A stretch of DNA of 64,000 bases from a virus, in UHGV virus genome UHGV-1368192, one strand, 5' to 3'. Below are positions 29,895 through 37,601 of this stretch, one piece after another; position 1 is the stretch's first letter, and each line of letters begins with the position of its first letter. The notes under the pieces are model-generated. The model was not told where the DNA came from and made no database searches. It was given only the letters and a program-made list of their open reading frames with translations. Made by a program: the position numbers and the translations under genes.

Positions 29895-30710
29895 TTACTG
29901 CTTATCCAGGAGATCCCTTGCCTTGGTCATCACATCCTTGGCATCTGCGTGTGGCTTCCCGGTCTCTCCATCAACACGCTTTCGGAAGATCTCGTCCCAC
30001 TCTCGCCTGGTGTAAGTGTAGACAACCTTTGTTGCCGTGCCTAAGGGGAGGTGCTTCCTTGCGTAATCCGTTGGGACTCCCTTCCTGAGGAGAGAGAAGT
30101 AGTACTCCTCATCTATCTTGAACTTCCTCAGGCTATCCTCCCATCTCTCAGTATCCTCATCGGCAAACACTGTCTTGAGGATAGGCAGGTCAGGTCTCTT
30201 CTTAGTGCCGTAGGCTATGAACCTCGTACTGCTCTCTGCTATGGCGTTAGGGGATACCCTATTCAGCTCTCGCGAGATATCGATAGATGTAACGCACTCT
30301 ATGGTGTACCTGCGGATGGACTCCGGTACTTTCTCTGCAGGGATCCTCCATTCCTCACGTAGGTACTCCTTGTCGTTCTCCTCATAAGCCTGACCGTTGC
30401 TGGCCACATAGGCTATAACGCCAGGATCGCCAAAGACGTATCCAGGTTGCTCGCTCATATTGACATGCTCAAATACCACATGGGTAAACTTGCTAAGGCG
30501 TGACGCTATATGGGCATGCTCTGGTGGTATCATGTAGTACCTCGTGGTATGCCTGAACATAGACCTATGCCCAGAGCGCCACAAATGCTCGCAGAGACGC
30601 TTATTATCCTTCGGTGAGGAATCGTAGCACACGCTCGCACATCGTGAGATATGGGCCTCTAAATCGCTCCCACACTCGTAAAGAGCGACTGATGGTTCTA
30701 AAATGATCAT
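29895..30710 (-). CDS. ThyX-like (flavin-dependent thymidylate synthase fold) protein
   Basis: N-terminal SxCYDS, GHRSMFRH and C-terminal ARKHLPLGTATKVVYTYTRREW align by eye to ThyX blocks. The canonical RHR(x7)S motif is not evident. Confidence 0.45.
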   Translation of the reverse strand: MIILEPSVALYECGSDLEAHISRCASVCYDSSPKDNKRLCEHLWRSGHRSMFRHTTRYYMIPPEHAHIASRLSKFTHVVFEHVNMSEQPGYVFGDPGVIAYVASNGQAYEENDKEYLREEWRIPAEKVPESIRRYTIECVTSIDISRELNRVSPNAIAESSTRFIAYGTKKRPDLPILKTVFADEDTERWEDSLRKFKIDEEYYFSLLRKGVPTDYARKHLPLGTATKVVYTYTRREWDEIFRKRVDGETGKPHADAKDVMTKARDLLDKQ

Positions 30711-31492
30711 GATTCTACTATATGGGGTTTAACTGATGATGCCGGTTGAGGAAGAGATGAAGGCATAAGGTCGTAACGTTTCCTATCTAAACGGTAAGGG
30801 TGTATAGAAGCGCTAAGGGTCGGGGAACCTTTCAATGCTTGCTCTGTGGTGGCTACATACGTATAGCCGTTCTCGTTAGTATTGATAACCTGCACGTCAA
30901 TACTCTGCGGTACAAGCTCCTGAGGAATAAGGGCAACAACAATAGCATCCTTTGGCTCCTCCTCAAGCACAGGTACAATGCCTACTTCCTCCTCAAGAGA
31001 GATAGTATTAGCTTCCTCAATGGGATCCACCACGTCACGCATGTAAGCCTGATAAAGCCGTACTCGGTTAACTCTGGACATAAAAATAGGATTAACCCAG
31101 TAACGGCGTATCTGCCGGCGAGCAATTACAGACTTCTCGATCAGCTCACGCAAGCCACGATACACAGAGTTGAGAGCAATACCCTCTTCCTCAGAAATAA
31201 CCTTTGCGTCGAGCACTACACAGTTTTCCTCATCAAGACCCTGTGAGAGCCTCGCAAAGATGATCAGCGCTGATGGGGATAGTCTAGACATTACCTGGAA
31301 TCCCTTAGGGTAGACACGCACGTGCTGTGATGTGTCTACCATCTCTTTCTGTCGGAGAGCTATATCCACATCAGTTATCTCCCCTTCGCCTGTGACGACG
31401 TGGAGATCCTTCTGTGTGGTGTACCTATACCTGTTCTGAAAGTCTGCCTCAAGGGCTAAGTCCATGGCGAATGGACATCTTGGAGTTGCCAT
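30707..31492 (-). CDS. putative winged-helix DNA-binding protein (regulator or replication initiator-like)
   Basis: LSPSALIIFARLSQGL...VYRGLRELIEKSVIARR resembles a winged-helix recognition helix plus wing. Palindromic operators and a TACCTTTG box lie upstream. Confidence 0.4.
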   Translation of the reverse strand: MATPRCPFAMDLALEADFQNRYRYTTQKDLHVVTGEGEITDVDIALRQKEMVDTSQHVRVYPKGFQVMSRLSPSALIIFARLSQGLDEENCVVLDAKVISEEEGIALNSVYRGLRELIEKSVIARRQIRRYWVNPIFMSRVNRVRLYQAYMRDVVDPIEEANTISLEEEVGIVPVLEEEPKDAIVVALIPQELVPQSIDVQVINTNENGYTYVATTEQALKGSPTLSASIHPYRLDRKRYDLMPSSLPQPASSVKPHIVES

Positions 31493-31520
31493 ATCTATCT
31501 GTTGTTATCGTTCTGTACTG

Positions 31521-31528
31521 CAAAGGTA
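31521..31528 (-). promoter_or_regulatory. Bacteroidetes-type -7 box TACCTTTG (TAnnTTTG)
   Basis: The plus strand reads CAAAGGTA. It lies 29 nt upstream of the ATG at 31492. Confidence 0.5.
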
Positions 31529-31546
31529 ATGAAACTATTTGGATTT

Positions 31547-31594
31547 TATACAATGCTGTATACTAAATTCAGATTCTTTATACAGCGCTGTATA
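31547..31594. promoter_or_regulatory. pair of 16 bp palindromic operator-like sites
   Basis: TATACAATGCTGTATA (31547-31562) and the perfect palindrome TATACAGCGCTGTATA (31579-31594). The centres are 32 bp apart. They sit upstream of the winged-helix gene. Confidence 0.5.
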
Positions 31595-31596
31595 AT

Positions 31597-31635
31597 AAAA
31601 AAAGGGGAAAGCACTGATAATCAGCACCTTCCCCC
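31597..31635 (-). terminator. rho-independent terminator (minus strand)
   Basis: Read on the minus strand: GGGGGAAGGTGCTGAT..ATCAGTGCTTTCCCC followed by TTTTTTT. Confidence 0.65.
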
Positions 31636-31675
31636 TTTCGTCTATATATATTTATAGTTAGTATAGTAGCGAGCG

Positions 31676-32263
31676 TTATAGCGGATCGATTATGTCCAGG
31701 TATTCCTGCGTGTGGAATACGTAGTAGACATTCTTCCATCCCTGTACGCTCTTGCCTTTCATAACCCAGAGTAGACTCATGAAGGCTGCGTCCTGCAGTA
31801 GTCGCTCTGGACTCATCTTACCTGACAGCTTCATGGGTAGCTGGTAGTGGCTATCGATGAACTCAATCTCCTCTACCGCATATTCTTCCATAGATTCAAA
31901 TCTACCAAAGTACTCGGTCTCAAAAGCGTCTGGCGAGGCTAGCGCTTCGTATTCGAATACTTCGTCCTGTCTCTGTAGCCACATCTCGTATGGCTCTCTT
32001 AGCGAAGCCTTCAGCTTTCTGTTTGCTTCAAAGAACTCGCAGTCGATACCTCCTTTATTAAGTAGTACCTCTGGAACTCCATATAAAGCTATGATTTGCT
32101 GATTGACCTCTCTTAGGTTTTTCCATACGTATCTATCGAAGTCGTCTTTGTCCGTCATGTTTGACAGATCTACCTTGATTGCATCCTTAGGTGAGACCAT
32201 GCCGTCTATCACTGGTGCTACAGCTACCCATGCCCCATCAAAGATTCTCTTTTCTTGTTCCAT
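31676..32263 (-). CDS. ArdA-like anti-restriction protein (diverged)
   Basis: Acidic. YFGRFESMEEYAVEEIE matches the ArdA Y.G.wdSeEDfA block. The C-terminus ends ..YYVF, like ArdA GHVF. Confidence 0.4.
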   Translation of the reverse strand: MEQEKRIFDGAWVAVAPVIDGMVSPKDAIKVDLSNMTDKDDFDRYVWKNLREVNQQIIALYGVPEVLLNKGGIDCEFFEANRKLKASLREPYEMWLQRQDEVFEYEALASPDAFETEYFGRFESMEEYAVEEIEFIDSHYQLPMKLSGKMSPERLLQDAAFMSLLWVMKGKSVQGWKNVYYVFHTQEYLDIIDPL

Positions 32264-32275
32264 GTCTTTTGCTTA

Positions 32276-32860
32276 TTACCAGTTAGGTATCTTGAAGAAG
32301 TAGTTGTACTCTCCTCCATGTACGAAGCAATTCATAAACTCTTCTGAAGAGAGCATCTCCTCCTTGGTCATCCCGGTTACATCCACGTCAAGCTCGTACC
32401 TGATGGGATCTGACTTTACTGAGTCTGCGAAGTCCTCTACGTCATCGTATGATCCCAGGTGGTTGTCCCAGAAAGAATCGATATCCAGTCTCACCTTCTC
32501 CTCGTTTCCCTTGAAGTGCTCGAGCTGAGCCTCTACCCAGAACTCGTATGCCTTGGTGTCACACTTATTCAGGTTCTGGTTGATCTCGAAGAACTCTGGC
32601 CGTAGCTCGAAGTTCTTCATGAAGAATGCTGGCATATCGCTAGTACCGATAATCTTTGGTGGCATCCTCTCGTATCCGTAGTTCAACTCCCTGCAGTAGG
32701 CGTTAAACATGTGGGCGCTTGAGAATGGGTATAGTAGTACCCAGTCACCGCACGTATGCTTTGTCTCAGTGTCGTTGAGGTCCATCTTCTGGAACTCTTC
32801 ATATGGCACTACATACACCTTGGCGGTGGGGTAGGCCACAAATAATGGGCTCTTATTCAT
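32276..32860 (-). CDS. ArdA-like anti-restriction protein (diverged)
   Basis: KVYVVPYEE...GDWVLLYPF resembles the ArdA N-terminus. LGSYDDVEDFADSV matches the central ArdA block. Confidence 0.4.
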   Translation of the reverse strand: MNKSPLFVAYPTAKVYVVPYEEFQKMDLNDTETKHTCGDWVLLYPFSSAHMFNAYCRELNYGYERMPPKIIGTSDMPAFFMKNFELRPEFFEINQNLNKCDTKAYEFWVEAQLEHFKGNEEKVRLDIDSFWDNHLGSYDDVEDFADSVKSDPIRYELDVDVTGMTKEEMLSSEEFMNCFVHGGEYNYFFKIPNW

Positions 32861-32879
32861 AGTTGTCTTGTTGTTTAGC

Positions 32880-33266
32880 TTATTCCTCTGGCATCAGTAC
32901 TTCTGCATCCCAGTATAGTTGATCGTTGTTGAGTAGCTCGTATAGGCTCTCACCTGTACTCTCAAGTACCCAGCATCCTCTAGAGAATACTACGACATCA
33001 TCGATCTCTCTTGACATCGCTGTGCCGTCTCTATCCATCCACTGATAGCCACCTACGATTCTGCATCCTTCAAAGACTAGCTTACCGTTTAAGTCTATTC
33101 CTGTGTATTGATAGACATAGGCTACGCGCGCTACGTCTGTTTCCTCACTCATGTATGGACCTAGGATCAGCCAATCTATGCCGTTATCATCATGGCAAGC
33201 TGATCCAGTGACCCACTCATTCCTGGCGTTGTACCCGCCAAATAGTATATCTCTTTCTTCTTTCAT
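32880..33266 (-). CDS. YopX-like protein
   Basis: YTGIDLNGKLVFEGCRIV resembles the YopX core YTGLKDKNGKEIYEGDIV. Confidence 0.35.
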   Translation of the reverse strand: MKEERDILFGGYNARNEWVTGSACHDDNGIDWLILGPYMSEETDVARVAYVYQYTGIDLNGKLVFEGCRIVGGYQWMDRDGTAMSREIDDVVVFSRGCWVLESTGESLYELLNNDQLYWDAEVLMPEE

Positions 33267-33329
33267 CTTGGTTATAGTGGTTGAGGAAGAGAGAAAGATG
33301 TTTCCACCTACTCTCCCTTCCTCAGGTGA

Positions 33330-33977
33330 TTATTCTCCGGTAAGACTCTCAGCTACCTGATACAGCCTGTATCGCTTAGCAAAGTCCTTAACCATATTTA
33401 GGTCGTTGTCAGTGTAGATAACCTCCTTGACGGTATCTTCTGAGTCTAGACAGCTCTTTATCTCTAGGTAATACCTTCCGGTAGCACCTTGTGAAATGAG
33501 GAAGTACAGCTCACCATCCTTGCTCAGGCTGAGAATCTTTGCGTACATGCATGACTTCAAGCCTGACGTAGTCGGTAGCTCTACATCCTTCCAGTTCAGT
33601 GGTGGCATCATACTCTCTAGGACTTCCGACTGAGTGACTCTTCGATATATCAAGCTGTTAATGTTATTAGCTCGATCATTCTCCGCTAGCTCCATTAACT
33701 CACCAATATCACCTCTCGTTTCTGCGAATGGTTCAAGTTCATACTCTTCCCCATTGTCCTTCACGATTACGATATTGAGCTTTGATGGTGTACTCATGTC
33801 TCCTCTTACTATTTGATAGTATGAAGTCTCATTCTTGGAGAGCCGGATGTTGAGTGCCCTAATAAACCTGATCATCTCGATCTTCCCGGTTGCCTCAGGA
33901 TTGATGGGGTTCGCTATCTTATCGACTATCTTCCAGTCTAGTGGTTGTTTTGTCTTGTATAATCCTATCTTGTTCAT
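33330..33977 (-). CDS. hypothetical protein (215 aa)
   Basis: ORF with 11 nt spacing to the next gene. Confidence 0.5.
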   Translation of the reverse strand: MNKIGLYKTKQPLDWKIVDKIANPINPEATGKIEMIRFIRALNIRLSKNETSYYQIVRGDMSTPSKLNIVIVKDNGEEYELEPFAETRGDIGELMELAENDRANNINSLIYRRVTQSEVLESMMPPLNWKDVELPTTSGLKSCMYAKILSLSKDGELYFLISQGATGRYYLEIKSCLDSEDTVKEVIYTDNDLNMVKDFAKRYRLYQVAESLTGE

Positions 33978-33988
33978 ATCCTTGTTGT

Positions 33989-34540
33989 TTAGATGTACCC
34001 CTCTAAGTGAAACACGTAGATTACCTCTTCGCCTTTCTTCTCAGGGTGGGGGCCATTTATCATTACTACACTGCTCATATAGCACCTATCCTCAAGCACG
34101 TCCTCTGGCTTTAACTTTTCAGACAGCATGATGGGGATGGTATTTAGATCATCCCAGGTCTTTATGATATGCCGTGCGTAGTCCTCCTTATTATCGAAGA
34201 AGCCGTAGTACATCTCCATTACATCCTGTGGATCTACATCTCCCTTCAGATCATCAATGTACAGCTCATAGGCAATTAGCTCCTCATCGTTTAGAGTCCC
34301 TACAGCCTTAAAGAAGTTATCCTTGATGATCTCCTTGCTCTCCCAGTCCACAAGGGCTGCAGGCATATCAAATCCGATAGAGTGCTTTTCCCAGCCATTA
34401 GACAGATATTCCTGTAGCTCATTGGCAAACTGGTCCTTTGTCATCTTGCCTACGGAGAACCTCTTGTCTTTGTAGACTAGCTCTCCAGCCTTCATCTTCT
34501 TTGCGATCAGGACGATGGCTTCGTCTTTTAATGTATTCAT
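33989..34540 (-). CDS. ArdA-like anti-restriction protein (diverged)
   Basis: YYGFFDNKEDYARHII matches the ArdA central block. The C-terminus ..IYVFHLE resembles ArdA GHVFE. Confidence 0.4.
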   Translation of the reverse strand: MNTLKDEAIVLIAKKMKAGELVYKDKRFSVGKMTKDQFANELQEYLSNGWEKHSIGFDMPAALVDWESKEIIKDNFFKAVGTLNDEELIAYELYIDDLKGDVDPQDVMEMYYGFFDNKEDYARHIIKTWDDLNTIPIMLSEKLKPEDVLEDRCYMSSVVMINGPHPEKKGEEVIYVFHLEGYI

Positions 34541-35046
34541 TGTTGTTCTTTCTTGAATGATTCTTTTGTGATGATGGTGTGATGCTTGGCGATGTCGTAG
34601 TCTATCATTCCATCCGTTATCTCGTCTGTGGCAACGAAGATATCCACCTCGTCCTTTTCCTTGTCGTATGAGGCGTGGTACAAGATAGAGCTTTCATCTG
34701 GGTACTCCTCATTGATTATCGAGGTAAGCTCTCTGGCGGTACCAGCATTAAGACCATCAGCTTCCTCATAGAAGTTGACAAGATTTTCCTGTACCATCTT
34801 GATGAGTCGGATCTGGCCGTCTTCCCATCCCTGGATACCCTCTACAGGGCTCCAGCTTACGTCTCCTTGATCAGCCAAGGCCTTGAGTTCCTCGGCAGTC
34901 TTGTCGTACTTGATGCTGATGTATAGATCTGCTGATTCATAGTTGCCTTCTGAACAGACCGTTTCTAAGCCTGTGGTCATTGTTATGACAAACTCAGCCC
35001 CATTGATCTTGACTGGGTTGCCCTGCATTCTTATGATTTCTCTCAT
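34537..35046 (-). CDS. hypothetical acidic protein (169 aa)
   Basis: ORF with 4 nt overlap to the upstream gene. Confidence 0.5.
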   Translation of the reverse strand: MREIIRMQGNPVKINGAEFVITMTTGLETVCSEGNYESADLYISIKYDKTAEELKALADQGDVSWSPVEGIQGWEDGQIRLIKMVQENLVNFYEEADGLNAGTARELTSIINEEYPDESSILYHASYDKEKDEVDIFVATDEITDGMIDYDIAKHHTIITKESFKKEQQ

Positions 35047-35052
35047 TGTTTC

Positions 35053-35676
35053 TTACTTAATATCGATTGGTACATCTAGCTGCTTGAGGAAGATCCTACC
35101 CTTGTAGGCCTCATAGCAAGCCTTCACTGCCTCTTCCTCAGCCATATCGAATGAGGAGAGGAATTGGAATTGAGGAAAGCGATGATCCATCCAGCGCTTA
35201 TTTCCGTGAATGAAGTCCTCAAGATTAGCATAGCCCTTACCTACCAGCTGCATCCTGAAGAGTGCAGGCTCGCAGACATACATAGGCCAGTCGTAAGGCT
35301 GTCCTGGCTTTCCCTTGCAGCCTCTGTTGGCCCATTCCTCCCAGACAAGGTAATCCTCCAGCTCTTCCTCAAGAAGGTCTCTGTGGACCTTGTAGAAGGC
35401 CTGAGAGAGTCTTCCCTCGCAGATAAGCCCTTGAGGAAAGTTAGAGGTGTTGAGGAAGAGGATATCTGGATTCCTCTCCTTAGGGAAGAGGGCTTTGCAA
35501 GCCGCCATATACTCCTCTACAGAGCTATAGTTGCCTGGCGTGGTCCACTTCCCGATGCTTAACTTCTTAGTGTCGTCATTGCGCATAGCAATGAGCTGTG
35601 TCGTGACGTATAGTCGCGCGCGTCTTAGTCCTCCGTCCATATTAGTAGTCTGAAAATACGAAGCCTGGCTTGCCAA
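35053..35676 (-). CDS. ArdA N-terminal-domain-like protein
   Basis: RLYVTTQLIAMRNDDTKKLSIGKWTTPGNYSSVEEYMAACKAL matches the ArdA N-terminus VYIANLGKYNEGELVGAWFTFPIDFEE. Confidence 0.5.
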   Translation of the reverse strand: MASQASYFQTTNMDGGLRRARLYVTTQLIAMRNDDTKKLSIGKWTTPGNYSSVEEYMAACKALFPKERNPDILFLNTSNFPQGLICEGRLSQAFYKVHRDLLEEELEDYLVWEEWANRGCKGKPGQPYDWPMYVCEPALFRMQLVGKGYANLEDFIHGNKRWMDHRFPQFQFLSSFDMAEEEAVKACYEAYKGRIFLKQLDVPIDIK

Positions 35677-36235
35677 TCACTTCGTTGTCAACGTATGTGT
35701 AGTCACTGATGAAGAGGTCTCTCTTGAAGGCATCAAGGTCGAAGTAGAAGTATGGTGATATATTCTCTACCTTCTCGATCTCTTCTCCGTAGCACTCATT
35801 CATTAGCTCCTCTGCGAAGTCCTCTTCGCTGTAGTACTGACCTTTGTATCGGTCCTCAAACTTCGATGCGTCCACTGAGCTTACACTCCAAGGGTTGTTG
35901 TGGTAGTTGTGGATGTAAGCCTCAAAGGCCTCATGTAGATCCTCATCCAGCTCGTCAAACGCATCCTTGGTGGTGAAGAAGGACCAATCGATCTCGTTAC
36001 TGCCTTCCTGATAGATGCGGTCATCATCGATGCCCTCTACCTCAAGGATCTTAACCTCGAGTTCTCCTTCCTCATCGTCCCCATAGTATTCCTCTAGGAG
36101 ATCTTCTACATCTTCCCAGTAGTCTAGATCCTTGAGTTCGATCTCAAGACCTCTCTCATTGGGATCTTCAAGGTATCGCTTGCTTGTGGTCACTCGTACC
36201 TTGGATTCATAGATCTGTTCTCTGATAGTTGCCAT
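35642..36235 (-). CDS. ardA: ArdA anti-restriction protein (C-terminal domain clear)
   Basis: FEDRYKGQYYSEEDFAEELMNECYGE followed by YFYFDLDAFKRDLFISDYTYVDNE...GFVF matches the ArdA ..YIDYQAYGRDLDLSGTFISTNHGIFEIV. Confidence 0.6.
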   Translation of the reverse strand: MATIREQIYESKVRVTTSKRYLEDPNERGLEIELKDLDYWEDVEDLLEEYYGDDEEGELEVKILEVEGIDDDRIYQEGSNEIDWSFFTTKDAFDELDEDLHEAFEAYIHNYHNNPWSVSSVDASKFEDRYKGQYYSEEDFAEELMNECYGEEIEKVENISPYFYFDLDAFKRDLFISDYTYVDNEVIGKPGFVFSDY

Positions 36236-36258
36236 AGCTGTTGCTTATTAGTTTGTTG

Positions 36259-36633
36259 TTAGAGCTCTACTATTTCGGAGCCGTCGTGTTCCTTAGCCTC
36301 AGGTTTTTCGTATGGTTCTCGCACGGAGCCCTTCTTCAGGTACTTGAAGGCCTCCTGATCCAGCTCGTTCTCAATATCCCTGATGAGCATCTCGTAACTC
36401 ATACGCTCCATACCCAGAGCCACCGATGCTGGCAGGTTACTCATGATCTCCTTACGGAAGCGGCGTGAGGAGAAGAGGCCACCGAACCATACTGTCTCTT
36501 CCTCATAAAGGAATCCTGTGACCTTGATATTTGATACCTTGAGATCAAGGATAGTACGCTGCTCGTACTTGCGTGTGATGCTTGTGATAGCTTTAGTCTC
36601 TCGAGTGAAGACAAAGTTCTTGATCGTTTTCAT
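36259..36633 (-). CDS. hypothetical protein (124 aa)
   Basis: ORF only. Confidence 0.45.
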   Translation of the reverse strand: MKTIKNFVFTRETKAITSITRKYEQRTILDLKVSNIKVTGFLYEEETVWFGGLFSSRRFRKEIMSNLPASVALGMERMSYEMLIRDIENELDQEAFKYLKKGSVREPYEKPEAKEHDGSEIVEL

Positions 36634-36703
36634 TGCGCTTATATTTGTTTTGTTCTTAGTATTTCTATTCTTTCTTTGATTGTACTACATATAGGGGTAA
36701 TAA

Positions 36704-36733
36704 GGGGGATCAGCTGCAACTGATCCCCCTTTT
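36704..36733. terminator. GC hairpin, terminator-like
   Basis: GGGGGATCAG ctgcaa CTGATCCCCC followed by TTTT on the plus strand. It lies 1-2 nt downstream of the stop of the minus-strand gene 36735..37601, where the minus-side U-tract is weak. Confidence 0.4.
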
Positions 36734-36734
36734 C

Positions 36735-37601
36735 CTATTCTCTTAGTGCGTCTTCTTTTGACATAGACCTTAAAGCAATACCGTTGCGTGCGGCAAATCG
36801 TATGGGCTCATCTGTACCCGGGAAGTACACGTTACACACATTGTCCCACTCCCTATCCTCCAGGATCCTCTTGACCGCAAGGTCATTCTCCTGTAGCCTC
36901 GGGATGAACTTAGGCCCGAAGGGTCCGTGTCCTATATACCACATGCCAGAAACACAGGACATCTTGATCTCCTCATCGGACATATCTGCCATCCTGTATA
37001 TGACTGCGTGATCGTTGTAGGCGTTAGTAATCTCCTTAGTCAGTCCGGACATCAGGCCTCGCAAGTACGCAACCTTATGCTTAACTGATACCTGACTGCT
37101 GGAAATCACGTCACCCCTATTAGATACCGCTATGGTATTAAGGACACGGAAACCTCTCTGACCTTCCTTGATGTATAGTAGTGCGCTCTTCTGTAGCTTG
37201 GTGAAGGCGTGCTCATCAAAGACAGTTAGTGTGTCCGTCATCATCCTTTCCTCACGCCTGTGTACCCCAACCAAAACACCATAGGCAAACCACTCCCTCT
37301 CAGATTCTCTCTCGATCATCAGATAAGAAAGAGGAAGAGTAACAGAAAAAGAAGGAAGGAAAAGACCATCACGCCTTTCCTCAATCTCTTCTGGCATGAC
37401 TGCCACTGGTGTCTGTATTGATCCCAACATAGGGATAGGTACATAGGAACAGGTCTTGAGCCTCGTGGGTTCTCCATACATGATACGTCCCCTACGGAGC
37501 CCCTCCTCAGTGAGGAAGGTGCAACCGTTAGCGTCCCTCAATGGTATAGGACCTTTCTCTGCCGTCATCACAACGGTGGATGCTTTATATCCTCTTCGCA
37601 T
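36735..37601 (-). CDS. hypothetical protein (288 aa)
   Basis: ORF only. No clear motif. Confidence 0.5.
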   Translation of the reverse strand: MRRGYKASTVVMTAEKGPIPLRDANGCTFLTEEGLRRGRIMYGEPTRLKTCSYVPIPMLGSIQTPVAVMPEEIEERRDGLFLPSFSVTLPLSYLMIERESEREWFAYGVLVGVHRREERMMTDTLTVFDEHAFTKLQKSALLYIKEGQRGFRVLNTIAVSNRGDVISSSQVSVKHKVAYLRGLMSGLTKEITNAYNDHAVIYRMADMSDEEIKMSCVSGMWYIGHGPFGPKFIPRLQENDLAVKRILEDREWDNVCNVYFPGTDEPIRFAARNGIALRSMSKEDALRE

